A stretch of DNA of 64,000 nt from an uncultured virus (IMG/VR IMGVR_UViG_3300037195_001681) (lineage: Duplodnaviria > Heunggongvirae > Uroviricota > Caudoviricetes > Schitoviridae), in the IMG/VR virus record IMGVR_UViG_3300037195_001681, positions 1 through 64,000 of that record, one strand, 5' to 3'. Of this stretch, positions 10,098-19,842 are shown piece after piece. A model generated the notes under the pieces. That model was not told where the DNA came from, made no database searches, and saw nothing but the letters and a program-made list of their open reading frames with translations. Every line of letters begins with the position of its first letter. Position 1 is the first letter of the stretch. A program made the position numbers and the translations under genes.

Positions 10098-12689
10098 TTA
10101 AGCGAGCGCGTACTGGATAATGTCGATGGCTGCCGTGCGCTCTGCAATTTCGGCTGCTGTCGGCTTCTCTTTTCCGAAAAGTTCGGAAAATGATTTGGGC
10201 GAAATTAGTTTGGTGAGGTTGGACTTCGAAATCAACTTTGCGAAATCTTCCACACCAGGGGAGAGAGGAATCTCGTTGATCCTTTTGATCAACTTTTGAT
10301 AGCCGTCCATGTGACGGAATTCCCAGGAACGTCCTTCAACGAAAGCGTCGATCAATTCCTTGTACTGACGATCTCGATCGGTGAGTACATTCAGCACACC
10401 AAATTCAATCGCGATCTCGGGATACATGAGGATCGTATTGAAGAGACCCTTCTTCTCATAACTGTGGCTGATAGCCTGACGAACTGAGTCATCATTGATT
10501 TTCTCATGAGAATATCCGAAGACCTGGCAAAGATTCGGATTATTATCGAGTTCCCTGAGAAGCTCATCGAAAATCCATTCTTTCAGTAGGGGGATACCCT
10601 GCTTGAGATTGAATTTATCCGTCTGGTTCGAAGTGGTGGTGACTGCACCACGATCACCGAAGAGCTGAGCAATGAGGGTATGACCATCTTTGTACAGGCC
10701 AGGGAACAGATTTGCACTCTGGGCACGAGGATTGAATTGCACGATGAATTCAGGGTTCTCCGTACGTTTCATGTCCTGGTAGGTCTGACTGGTCGGCAGA
10801 TACCGTTCGTAATTGATCGACTGAGTCGGACCTTTCGGTCCTTCCAGGGTCTGAAGCACTCCCGACAGAAGAGGGAGACCTTTCAGTCTGGGTTTCGTAA
10901 CCTTGGGCTTAGGAGTGGGTTGGACGATCGTCTTGGGTTCCCAGGACTGGGCCACAGTGAGATCGAGAACGGTCATACCGAGATCTTTGAAGAATTTCCT
11001 GGCTTCTTCCACCTTTTTGGTGGTGCGAGGTACTACATAAGCCAGAAAATCATGTCGGGAACCCAGCTTCTCCTTGAACTGTGGGAACTTGCCGAGACGA
11101 TCTTCGATGTCGATCCGATTGAAGGAAAGCACGATGATGTTGCGAAGGAAGGGCAGATACCCTTCGAGGCTTCGGGGGCTCAGATCAGGAGCATTGACGC
11201 ACATGACCTTTGCGCTCCAGTTGAGCCGGCGTCCGTTGACATCGGTACGCTCGTCGTTGTGGGTTGCATAGGCAAGAAGCTTCGCACCCTGGAGGTGCTC
11301 GGTAGCGTCCAGCTTCTTCATGAGAGGAGCCACGATGGTCTGGTTGAACCAGGTGGATCCCTTGGCATTGCCGACCTTCTTGTATTCGCGGCGGAAGCTC
11401 TGGATTTTGCCACGGTTCTTCGGACCACCGAAGCCCATCTTTTCCAGAGTTTCCAGTCGCATTTCGATGTCCCGGATACGGAAACCGGGAATATCAGGAT
11501 ACCGAAGGCTCATCGTCGATCGAGCCATGTCACGAACATCGGTGATGATCTCGGGCATGTCGGTCTTGGCATGACCATCTTCATCGAAGAGAGTAGGTAC
11601 CTTGTCATTCTTGGTGAGCAGGGCACCAGGACAGCCCTTGGAAGCGACATTGCTGACGTAGGTGCGTTCCAGGTCGACACAGGCATCTTCCAGCTGAGCA
11701 TCGGTCATCGAAGTGAAAGTGCTGAGCAGATCATTCAGAGCACTGATGGTGTGCTCGGTCATGGAAAGGCTCTCACGGCTGGGAGTGACCGAGATGGTAT
11801 CGGGCTTGGCTTGAAGGACCAGGTTCCAGTGGAAAGTGGACCGGTAATATCCAGCTTCTTTGCCAATTTTCTCGATGATTTCCTTGGTCTTGTCGTAGAG
11901 AGGACCGAAGCCATCATCGCGAGGAACAGGATAGACCACATTTCCGTAGCGGACGAAGATGTTGTTGTTGTCCCCACCGGAAACACCACGGACGTCCCTG
12001 ATCATCAGGAAGCCATGCTTGGCTTTGGAGAACGGGAGAGTATCGAGCTTCTCCGGGTCGGCGCCACGATTGCGATCGGTGTCGATCGTAGCGTTCATTT
12101 CACCGAATCGAGCGATCGTCTCGATGACCTGGCGGAAACGAGGGAAATCCTCGGATTTGACGGCCAGCTTGACGGAAAGACCATTATCATCGGGATCGCA
12201 AGCAACGGAAAGAAGCGGCGTGATGCTGGGTTTGCCAGCGACTTCAGCCGAGCTCTTGGAGATCGCATAGACGGTCTTCTTGCCTTGATGTCGGCTGGTC
12301 ACTTCGAAGTGATCGACATAGGCGAAGGGTGACTTCGATCCGAGACCGAAGCCACCCGTTTGCGTACCATCCAGCTTCTTGGTGGAGTTGCCATAGACGG
12401 CGTAGATCTCGTGCATATCGTCATCGTGGATGCCGACACCATGGTCACGGATCGTCAGGTAGCCATCCTTCAGCGTAATCTCGACCGGAACATCGGTCTT
12501 GCCGTTCTGAATGTGGATGTCCCAGGCATTGCAGAGGACTTCCCGTACGACGGCCAATATTTTATCCGAGTAGAGACTGTTACTGAGAATGTTGAAGAAT
12601 TCGGCACTATTGGAGATACCGAAATCCTTGGCTTCATTCTTGCCGATGACGGCATGACTGACGTGGTCCTTGACGTGGGTTACCTGCAC
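10098..12689 (-). CDS. rIIA: rIIA-like protein (N-terminal GHKL ATPase)
   Basis: LYSDKILAVVREVLCNAWD, IRDHGVGI, YGNSTK, GGFGLGSKSPFAY. Confidence 0.92.
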   Translation of the reverse strand: MQVTHVKDHVSHAVIGKNEAKDFGISNSAEFFNILSNSLYSDKILAVVREVLCNAWDIHIQNGKTDVPVEITLKDGYLTIRDHGVGIHDDDMHEIYAVYGNSTKKLDGTQTGGFGLGSKSPFAYVDHFEVTSRHQGKKTVYAISKSSAEVAGKPSITPLLSVACDPDDNGLSVKLAVKSEDFPRFRQVIETIARFGEMNATIDTDRNRGADPEKLDTLPFSKAKHGFLMIRDVRGVSGGDNNNIFVRYGNVVYPVPRDDGFGPLYDKTKEIIEKIGKEAGYYRSTFHWNLVLQAKPDTISVTPSRESLSMTEHTISALNDLLSTFTSMTDAQLEDACVDLERTYVSNVASKGCPGALLTKNDKVPTLFDEDGHAKTDMPEIITDVRDMARSTMSLRYPDIPGFRIRDIEMRLETLEKMGFGGPKNRGKIQSFRREYKKVGNAKGSTWFNQTIVAPLMKKLDATEHLQGAKLLAYATHNDERTDVNGRRLNWSAKVMCVNAPDLSPRSLEGYLPFLRNIIVLSFNRIDIEDRLGKFPQFKEKLGSRHDFLAYVVPRTTKKVEEARKFFKDLGMTVLDLTVAQSWEPKTIVQPTPKPKVTKPRLKGLPLLSGVLQTLEGPKGPTQSINYERYLPTSQTYQDMKRTENPEFIVQFNPRAQSANLFPGLYKDGHTLIAQLFGDRGAVTTTSNQTDKFNLKQGIPLLKEWIFDELLRELDNNPNLCQVFGYSHEKINDDSVRQAISHSYEKKGLFNTILMYPEIAIEFGVLNVLTDRDRQYKELIDAFVEGRSWEFRHMDGYQKLIKRINEIPLSPGVEDFAKLISKSNLTKLISPKSFSELFGKEKPTAAEIAERTAAIDIIQYALA

Positions 12690-12743
12690 TTGATCACTCC
12701 TTTTGAAGGGTTGGTGAGAAGAAAGTCAGGAAAAACGAGCAGA

Positions 12744-13622
12744 TCAGGATGGACCCTGATTCATCTGAAATTCGATGAGCTTCCTGTTCTGGATCCAGCC
12801 AACGAAGTTACCATGAGCGGCTTGGTGTTCCCAGCCAGTCCACGTATCATGTCCTGTGCTGTCAGGAGTCGCCTGATGTTCGGTCGAGCTGGCATGGATG
12901 GGCGTCGAACCGACGAGGCGATCATAGAGTTGAAGATCTTCTTCGATCGTTGTCTCACGGCCGTCATGAGTCAGATAGGAAACTCGGGCACACCGGGCCA
13001 CACTGACCCTCTTGAGGGTCTCCCAGCCGGAGGTCTGTGAGGGACTGTAGTACTGGTCTGACCATTCCTGGGCCGTGATGTAGGGCAGGTGCCAATCACC
13101 AGGTTTCAGGTGATTGGGTTGGCTGCCGGCCATGGCGTTGATCATTTCAAGGGCCAGCTGTTGGATCTCCGGTTGGGCGTCAGGATGGGCACGGAGATTG
13201 AAGAAATTGTCCCATTCAGTCGCGGTGACGACGACGTTGATGTGGGCCCATGGTTCGAGGATGCGGTTGGCAATCTGCTTGTGGAGACCGGATTCGACCA
13301 TGAACTGTGCTGTTGTAATGGCTTCTTCCATCTCCTCTAACCATGCCTCTTCCACGAGACGGCGCTCACGACCAACTAACTCCTTGCCGGCCTGCATTCC
13401 CTTCTGGTTCGCACCCCAGTAGATAGGCATCGCCGGATCACGGCGAAGATCTTCGATCATCTTCTTAACCGGGATTGCACGGCTGGAGCTGGCGTTCCGG
13501 CTGAATACACGATGCGTCATGAATTCGGCATGGATAAAGCGAGGATAGCGGAGCTGCATCGTGGTGATGCGGTGTCCTTCAGGGGACATGCTGTCGGCGA
13601 TTACTTCGGCTGTGATTGTCAT
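12744..13622 (-). CDS. thyX: FAD-dependent thymidylate synthase
   Basis: YPRFIHAEFMTHRVFSRNASSSRAIP, HKQIANRILEP, RCARVSY, HASSTEHQATP. Confidence 0.93.
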   Translation of the reverse strand: MTITAEVIADSMSPEGHRITTMQLRYPRFIHAEFMTHRVFSRNASSSRAIPVKKMIEDLRRDPAMPIYWGANQKGMQAGKELVGRERRLVEEAWLEEMEEAITTAQFMVESGLHKQIANRILEPWAHINVVVTATEWDNFFNLRAHPDAQPEIQQLALEMINAMAGSQPNHLKPGDWHLPYITAQEWSDQYYSPSQTSGWETLKRVSVARCARVSYLTHDGRETTIEEDLQLYDRLVGSTPIHASSTEHQATPDSTGHDTWTGWEHQAAHGNFVGWIQNRKLIEFQMNQGPS

Positions 13623-13640
13623 GTTAAACCTCTGATAATG

Positions 13641-13678
13641 AAAGAAAAAAGGCTACCCAGGATTGCTCCTGGGTAGCC
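13641..13678 (-). terminator. Intrinsic terminator
   Basis: GGCTACCCAGG/CCTGGGTAGCC stem followed by TTTTTTCTTT on the minus strand. Confidence 0.75.
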
Positions 13679-13701
13679 CGTTTTATCGAAGAGAATCGAG
13701 C

Positions 13702-13947
13702 TCAATCTTCCGACTGAGCTTCTTCCTGAACGATCTTGTCCTGGCCGAGCTCGGCGAGCTCCTTCTGGGCCTTCTTGATGTAACTGCGGATCGAACGGGT
13801 GGTTTCGGTCACGACAGTCGAGGAGCCGTCGTTGAATTGGATGACCGTGTTGCCTTCGTTTTCGCCGGTGCCCGGGGCGAAGGTTTTCACGTTGTCGAAA
13901 TTGACGTTGATGTCGTTGCTGTTGGCGGTGCTGAGACGAATGAACAT
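13702..13947 (-). CDS. Small protein, FlbD/SwrD-like pattern
   Basis: MFIRLST..INVNFDNVKTF..TVIQFNDGSSTVVTET..I pattern; strong RBS and its own terminator. Confidence 0.6.
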   Translation of the reverse strand: MFIRLSTANSNDINVNFDNVKTFAPGTGENEGNTVIQFNDGSSTVVTETTRSIRSYIKKAQKELAELGQDKIVQEEAQSED

Positions 13948-14050
13948 GATGCTTCCTTTCTTCAGGATGTATTTATCCTGAAGAGGTCGTTAGCAGGCGA
14001 TTCTGGGTATTACCAGAGAAAAAACACCTAGCTGACTAGAGACATCTTGA

Positions 14051-14572
14051 TCAGTTGTCTGGCTGAGGATCCATCAGAGGTTCGATCGGTCGATCGGCCT
14101 GATCCTGATATTTTCCGACATAACTGGCCGGACAAGTCAGCTCATGGAAAATAACCTGAGCAATACCGGTACCAGCAGGAATGAAGAGATCCTTGCAGCT
14201 GTGCAGCACGAGTTCGAGGGTCAAAAATCCTCGCCAGCCTGGTTCGATCACCGTGTTGAAGACGCTCAGACCATGACGAGCCCAGGTCGATTTGTCGTGA
14301 ACGACACCATAGAGATCGTCGGGCATGTGGAATTCTTCGATGGTCGAAGCGATGCAGAAGCGACCTTCTTCAACGACACCATCGACAGTGACGATCGAAG
14401 GTCCATCGTTGAGCTGGCATTTCGGTTCGAAATGCACGTTCTGTTTGAGACGAATGTCGTAGCCGACTTCGGCGAGACCATGGCTCACACCATTGTGACG
14501 CTCTTTCGTTTCAAGCATGTTCTTGATGGGAGGTGTCTGGAGCAGAGCTCTGCCATTACGAACCATCTTCAT
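14051..14572 (-). CDS. dcd: dCTP deaminase (N4 gp26-like)
   Basis: GYDIRL, VHDKSTWAR, NTVIEPGWRGFLTLE, GIAQVIFH, YVGKYQDQ. Confidence 0.9.
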   Translation of the reverse strand: MKMVRNGRALLQTPPIKNMLETKERHNGVSHGLAEVGYDIRLKQNVHFEPKCQLNDGPSIVTVDGVVEEGRFCIASTIEEFHMPDDLYGVVHDKSTWARHGLSVFNTVIEPGWRGFLTLELVLHSCKDLFIPAGTGIAQVIFHELTCPASYVGKYQDQADRPIEPLMDPQPDN

Positions 14573-14972
14573 TCTCCTTGGGATGCTTGTTCACGGGCGG
14601 TTCGAGCCTCGCAAACAGGCGCCTCGTGGGAGGAGCGTCCGTTTCGGTGGAAGGTTCCGCCGGCTTATTTTCCGAGGGCGCATTGTCCTCCTGATCGTCT
14701 TTGGTGTCAATCGAATCCGAATTCGAATCCGGCTCCTGATCCTTCTGGTTCTCCGAAGGTTCGTTTTCACGGGTTTCACCCCGCCAGTCCTGATCGAAAT
14801 AGATGCCACGGCAAACCTTGCAGGTGGCCTGTTCGAAGTTATCGCGAACAGCAAAATACCGAGTGGTATCCTTGTCAAGAGCCTGGCCGCAGAGGGTCTT
14901 GATCGGAACATGCTTGTTCTGATCAGCGATGTGGGTGGCAGTGTTGCCGATGAGTTCATCGAGGGCAGGCAT
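14556..14972 (-). CDS. Hypothetical protein with Cys/His N-terminal domain and acidic tail
   Basis: ATG at 14972 after AGAAAGG RBS; THIA..TLCG..ATCKVC. Confidence 0.55.
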   Translation of the reverse strand: MPALDELIGNTATHIADQNKHVPIKTLCGQALDKDTTRYFAVRDNFEQATCKVCRGIYFDQDWRGETRENEPSENQKDQEPDSNSDSIDTKDDQEDNAPSENKPAEPSTETDAPPTRRLFARLEPPVNKHPKENEDGS

Positions 14973-14997
14973 AATATAATTCCTTTCTGAAAAAATA

Positions 14998-16200
14998 TCA
15001 GTGTTTGATGTGAATAGTCTTACCGAAAGTCGGCGTGTGACCAATCCCCCAACCACTGTCGATGGCGACCCAGAGGACAGGAATGTCCACGGGTTTCATG
15101 GGTGCGACCTGCATATCCGAGAAGATAATCGCAGCAGTCGGTTTGACATCTTCGATCATCTTGCGGACTTCACGAAGATCAGTGCCGCCACGGCCGATGA
15201 TCTTGATCTTTTCGAAGGGATCACCTTCGGTGAATTCATCAACCTTCTGGATCTGGGTATCGAACTGAGCGATCGTCATTTTTCGGGGCTTGAAGACATC
15301 CCAGACGTACTTCAGCTCGGAGTTGAATCGCAGAATGTCCTTATCCTGGATGGAGCCAGAGACATCCTGGAAATAGAGAAGGTGTTCGAGTCGACCATCG
15401 TCTTCGAAACGGGAAGGCAGATAGATGTCCTGATGCCGGCGATTGGGGCGAGCCCAGGTGTAATCCTCTTCGGCAAGGTCCTGCATCCAGTTGTAGAGAT
15501 GCTTCTCCCAGGGAATGATTGGCGACAGGAAACGATCGACGATCATCTGAGTATTGCCGGGAATGGCACCAGGCTGGCCGGCCATCTTGGCTGACTGCAT
15601 GGCTTTCACGACGTTACCGATGAGGGATTGAGGGTTAGCCTGTTGAGGGGCGTTCTGGTGGTTGCAGTGACCGGAATGATTGCTTCCGGCTGCTCCAGGA
15701 GCTCCACCGCCACCTCCGCCACCGTTTTTCGGCAGAGCATCGTAGATGTCTTCTTCGAGTTCGATATGATCAAGATCGGGACGAAGAACCCAGTCATCGC
15801 CAATATAATACCCGGCTTTCTTCAGCTCGCGATTGATCCAGATGTCACAGGCAATATTCCAGACATCGGGACATCGGTTGCCAATACGAATGTCGTGCAT
15901 TCGAGCATTGTGCCAGAGTTCATGCATGAGCGTGGTGACACCTTCGCCCTTGCCCTGATCACGACAGCGAATGAAGTCGCTGGGAGCCCACCAGAGGTTC
16001 TCGCCATCGGTGGCAGCAGTGCCGACCGATTCGTTCCAGGAGAAGTTCAGAGAGCAAAGCAGAGGCCCGAAGAAAGCTGAATCGGGATTCTTGAAGACTT
16101 CGGATTTCACGACATCGAGCTGACGCTGCATCTCGGTGAAGTCGAACTGCGAATAATCGAAGTTATCTCCACTTTTTTGCTGCTGAGGAGCACTGGTCAT
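14998..16200 (-). CDS. DUF2201-type metallopeptidase-vWA protein (N4 gp25-like)
   Basis: TAATDG, HELWH (HExxH), WNIACD, DVSGS MIDAS, GRGGTD, IIFSD. Confidence 0.9.
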   Translation of the reverse strand: MTSAPQQQKSGDNFDYSQFDFTEMQRQLDVVKSEVFKNPDSAFFGPLLCSLNFSWNESVGTAATDGENLWWAPSDFIRCRDQGKGEGVTTLMHELWHNARMHDIRIGNRCPDVWNIACDIWINRELKKAGYYIGDDWVLRPDLDHIELEEDIYDALPKNGGGGGGGAPGAAGSNHSGHCNHQNAPQQANPQSLIGNVVKAMQSAKMAGQPGAIPGNTQMIVDRFLSPIIPWEKHLYNWMQDLAEEDYTWARPNRRHQDIYLPSRFEDDGRLEHLLYFQDVSGSIQDKDILRFNSELKYVWDVFKPRKMTIAQFDTQIQKVDEFTEGDPFEKIKIIGRGGTDLREVRKMIEDVKPTAAIIFSDMQVAPMKPVDIPVLWVAIDSGWGIGHTPTFGKTIHIKH

Positions 16201-16203
16201 GAT

Positions 16204-16533
16204 TTATTCCTTGGGAAAGAGGTTTTGGATGAGCTCATCATAGAGAGCGTCTGGGAGCATATCGGGGAAATGCTCATCATTCCGCATGATCTCATAACGA
16301 GTCATCTCATTACCGTGGACTTGGTACCAGAGACAGTCGAGTGCCTCGATGGTTTCGATCGGGTACTTGAGGTTCTTCTCCTTCAGGAAGCGATCGAGCT
16401 TGTCGACAGCAACAGCTGCCGGATCACCGCAGATGAGACGAGCTTCGTGCTCACCTGCGGGATACGGTGGTTTCCATCGAGAAGTTTGGTCGATCCTGAA
16501 GGGAAAGGGTTGATCAGTGGATGATCGTCCCAT
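16204..16533 (-). CDS. Hypothetical protein
   Basis: Exactly fills the gap between the AAA and vWA genes; AAGGA RBS. Confidence 0.55.
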   Translation of the reverse strand: MGRSSTDQPFPFRIDQTSRWKPPYPAGEHEARLICGDPAAVAVDKLDRFLKEKNLKYPIETIEALDCLWYQVHGNEMTRYEIMRNDEHFPDMLPDALYDELIQNLFPKE

Positions 16534-16543
16534 TTGAATATCC

Positions 16544-17623
16544 TTAGTTTCCGCTCAGATACTTCGTCAGCGTCTGCATGGCGACAGCGAACTTCGGATG
16601 GGTACGAAGCTTGGGCTGCTGGACCATGAGGCCACGGAAGAAGAGCACACGGAAAGCCATGTCCATGCGATTGATGTAGGTCGAGAGATCGTGGAGATTC
16701 TCTTCGTTCGCCTGGGTCATCAGGTGAGTGACGATGATCCACTTGCGCTGGGCAGCGTTGTGCCCTTCGGGGATCGGAGCGTTTTCAGGATCTCGGAGCA
16801 CGTCCTTGATCGTCACGAGCTCATCCTTCAGCTGGCAGAAGGCCACGAATTCAGCTGCTACGCCGGAAGTGATCGTGCCGGCATAGAGAGCTGTCTTTTC
16901 CTGGGTCACTTCCTTGCCCTTGATGAGCTTGTTCATGAATTCCCAGGTACGCGGGCAGCAGAAGGTTTTCTCGTCGTGATCGGGACGGAAATCCATCAGG
17001 TATTTCTCGGCAAAACCGAGGAAAGCGATGATTCGCTCATCATAATGCTCTTTCAGAGCGACGTCTTCGAGCCATTCCTGGTGGCTGACTTGCATCTCGA
17101 TATGGATAACGCGGCTCTGCATGGCCGTGGAAAGCGTCGTGGTGATGGCACGATCGGTTTCGAGATTGCCGGCCAAAGCGATCGCGACACGTTCGTGGAG
17201 CGGATATTGGCCAGTCATCTTGTCGAGGATCAGCTTGTAGGCGGCTGCCTGGACCATCTTGGTTCCCGAATTGAATTCGTCAAGGAAGAGCAGCCAGCCG
17301 TCCTTGCCATCGGGAATGGGAGTGCCCTTGATCGGGAAGAGATCACCGAAGGGCGAGAATCGGGCAATACGGGTACCATCTTCGCGAGCCAGGAATTCAG
17401 GGAGACCGGTGAAGTCTTCTGGTGCCGAGGTACTGACACGGTGATCAATCATCTCGACGTTGAATTGATTGGCGATATTGCGGAAGATCGAGCTCTTGCC
17501 AACGCCCGGGGAACCACGGACGAAGGGTACTAGACCGGCTTCGATGGCATCAATGGCCATCGCGCGGACCTGGCGAGGGGTGCAACGATAAATGTTGTTG
17601 CCGGGGTTGTCGGGATTGCTCAC
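16544..17623 (-). CDS. MoxR-like AAA+ ATPase (N4 gp24-like)
   Basis: GSPGVGKS, LFLDEFN, AGN, MQSR, CPRTWE. Confidence 0.92.
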   Translation of the reverse strand: MSNPDNPGNNIYRCTPRQVRAMAIDAIEAGLVPFVRGSPGVGKSSIFRNIANQFNVEMIDHRVSTSAPEDFTGLPEFLAREDGTRIARFSPFGDLFPIKGTPIPDGKDGWLLFLDEFNSGTKMVQAAAYKLILDKMTGQYPLHERVAIALAGNLETDRAITTTLSTAMQSRVIHIEMQVSHQEWLEDVALKEHYDERIIAFLGFAEKYLMDFRPDHDEKTFCCPRTWEFMNKLIKGKEVTQEKTALYAGTITSGVAAEFVAFCQLKDELVTIKDVLRDPENAPIPEGHNAAQRKWIIVTHLMTQANEENLHDLSTYINRMDMAFRVLFFRGLMVQQPKLRTHPKFAVAMQTLTKYLSGN

Positions 17624-17685
17624 GAAATATCTCCTGTTTTTTCAAGTTTGTTGGAAGTTTCTGAAAAGAAATAGAAAACCACGAC

Positions 17686-17724
17686 AAAAAATAACCCGGC
17701 CCCCTTTGCATGGGGACCGGGTCA
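17686..17724 (-). terminator. Intrinsic terminator
   Basis: ACCCGG-CCCC/GGGG-CCGGGT stem with a TTATTTTTT tail on the minus strand. Confidence 0.7.
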
Positions 17725-17758
17725 CTTCTGTTTCGATCAGGAATTGATCGAGCTGGGA

Positions 17759-18514
17759 TCAGCTCTTGTGAGCAGCGACGATCTTGTCGGCGATTTCGTC
17801 CTTGTTGTTGTCAGTACGAACGCCTTCGATGTCCTTGGCCAGTTCGAGAAGCTCGTCCTTGGTATGATTGTCGACGAGTTCCTTCGAGGTCATTTCCTCG
17901 ACAGGCTTGGTCTCGTCTTGATCATCTTCCGATTCAGTTTCGGCGTCCGTATCGGTTTCGTCGTTGGCTTCGGTGCCGACACGGGTTTCCGAGCTTTCGG
18001 CCACGCCGTCGTCGGTTTCACCATCGGCGTCCGGATGAGTTTCCGGATCGTTGGTAACGGCGCCGGCTTCGGCCGCTTCTTCCGTCGGCGTGACGCCATT
18101 CGGTTCGAGCTGGTCCTTGGGAAGGCCGGTATTGCCTTCACCACCCGTCTGCGACGAATATTCGGGATCGACTTCGCCGGTGCTGGTGGGAAGCTGATCG
18201 GTACCACCCGTGAGCTGTTCGCGACGAGCGTTCACCGGAGCATTGCTCGACTGGTCGAGATAGGTGAGCTTGTCGAGATCGAGGCCAGAGAAGCGGTCAT
18301 CGGAGCTGTCACGAAGGACTTCCTTGGCCTTGGTGATCAGGATGTGATCGCCGTTTTCGCCATTGAGGGTCGTGCCTTCCGCGAGGCTGAAGGTGCCGAC
18401 CTCGGTGAAGCCCTGATTTTCGGCAGGGCCGAAATCGGCGAGAGCGATGACGACACGGTTCTGGCCATTCGCTTTGTGGACGGAGTATTTGGTCCGATTG
18501 TCCTGGTCGGTCAT
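17759..18514 (-). CDS. Acidic protein: decoration-protein-like N-terminus, D/E/T-rich linker, C-terminal helix-extension-helix
   Basis: Strong codon bias; VGTFS motif shared with 22463-22702; C-terminal TKDELLELAK...NKDEIADKI. Confidence 0.65.
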   Translation of the reverse strand: MTDQDNRTKYSVHKANGQNRVVIALADFGPAENQGFTEVGTFSLAEGTTLNGENGDHILITKAKEVLRDSSDDRFSGLDLDKLTYLDQSSNAPVNARREQLTGGTDQLPTSTGEVDPEYSSQTGGEGNTGLPKDQLEPNGVTPTEEAAEAGAVTNDPETHPDADGETDDGVAESSETRVGTEANDETDTDAETESEDDQDETKPVEEMTSKELVDNHTKDELLELAKDIEGVRTDNNKDEIADKIVAAHKS

Positions 18515-18774
18515 TTGGGAATTCCCTTCATCTTTCCTGGATCATGATCACGATCATCGTGGGGACGTCTTCACCCGCCACTCGGGTGAAACGTTCACGT
18601 ACAGGAAAGGTTTCTTCATGGGAAGAGAGGGAAAATAAAGAAAATGTGGGTCCACGTTCCTGGGAGGGGGATAGGAACTGACCCATCTGGATACGGCAAT
18701 ACCCAGCCGTCGAAGAGCGGGTCCAGCCTCGGGGGCGTTGAGACTGGATCACCGAGAAAACTCGACGGGATCTC

Positions 18775-19209
18775 TCACCTCGATCCTTGGTATGAGCCAC
18801 CGTCATAGCGACGGCGTATCTGAAGTCGATCCAGGTTGAGCTGGATGGCTTCAGGGGTTGGTGTGTAATTCTTGAGCCAGAAGTCTGGATCCTGGTCGAT
18901 CATGGCAGATGTGCCGAGCATGTCGATCACATCATCGTACCAGATCTGAATCGCAGGATCCTTGCGGAGGTCCAGACCTCGACGCTTACCTTCATGCCAG
19001 AGGTCCGAGTGCCGGCGATCGAGATAGCGGATTTTGTCGTAGAAGAATCTGAGATGACCAGTGCCAAGGCGGTAGCTCTCAGGAATATCCCGATCATTCT
19101 TCTGGATCGCCCGATATATCAAGGGCCACATTCGAGGTAACTCGAAATATTCGGCCATGATGAAATTATCGGTGAGCGCAGCGACCGCGACTACGTTGAT
19201 GCGGGTCAT
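18775..19209 (-). CDS. denV: Pyrimidine-dimer DNA glycosylase / endonuclease V
   Basis: MTRIN N-terminus, AEYFELPR (catalytic Glu), YRLGTGHLRFFYDK, YTPTPEAI. Confidence 0.92.
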   Translation of the reverse strand: MTRINVVAVAALTDNFIMAEYFELPRMWPLIYRAIQKNDRDIPESYRLGTGHLRFFYDKIRYLDRRHSDLWHEGKRRGLDLRKDPAIQIWYDDVIDMLGTSAMIDQDPDFWLKNYTPTPEAIQLNLDRLQIRRRYDGGSYQGSR

Positions 19210-19356
19210 GAGAATCTCCAGGTAGAGTTTGTTATACTGGACTATCCACCTCTGACCAGTGTTGGTTGCGAGTGTCTCCGGATATTATCCTTCGTTTCGT
19301 CTCTGCCCGGTTTGACTCCGGGTTTGATAACCCAGTTGTCTCTGGAATCCGAAGAA

Positions 19357-19694
19357 ATTTAGGAGAGATATTGGCTCTTGTCACGGGATCGAACCGGGAC
19401 ACCCTGACATGATCCACCTAACATTCCACCGTTGACGTCGACGAGCGATCGCTTCGTATGGCTGTGTATTCCCCGTCGGGAAGGTGGCGCCGTGAGACTT
19501 ATGCGTCAATTCGCACTTCTTACGTCCTCTAAGCCGCCCTTGTCGGCACTTGCGTAACCGCTCCGCTACTAACTCTTTCAGTGCGCGCTGATGCTAGATC
19601 ATCGCTGAAATCGTGTTCGGTTCATCACGGAATACGAGGACTCCCTGCGCTTCACGAACTCACAGGGACATGCGGGCCAATATCTCTTCTAAAT
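19357..19694 (-). ncRNA. Unidentified ~340-nt structured RNA (candidate)
   Basis: 21-nt terminal inverted repeat enclosing at least 6 internal helices; no credible ORF; lies inside the tRNA/tmRNA array. Confidence 0.6.
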
Positions 19695-19714
19695 CTCCTC
19701 TAAATTGATTTATT

Positions 19715-19842
19715 AGATCTCCTTCGGGATGGCCGGGCTCCGCTGCACCCGTGGCTTTCGTGAGCTTGCTCTGCCTGGGCCTGGTCGTGATCAGAACCAA
19801 GAACCTGTTTGAAAGGTCAATCGGCCATCTCGAAAGAGATGT
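19715..19842 (-). ncRNA. Unidentified ~125-nt structured RNA (candidate)
   Basis: ~20-bp closing stem ATCTCTTTCGAGATGGCCG/CGGCCATCCCGAAGGAGAT; strand assumed from neighbours. Confidence 0.45.

Noticed and set aside
10680..12332. 550-aa plus-strand ORF (likewise 16598-17533, 26113-27129, 33115-34437)
   Set aside because: Antisense shadows of rIIA, the AAA ATPase, RNAP1 and nrdJ, produced by codon bias; no motifs recognised
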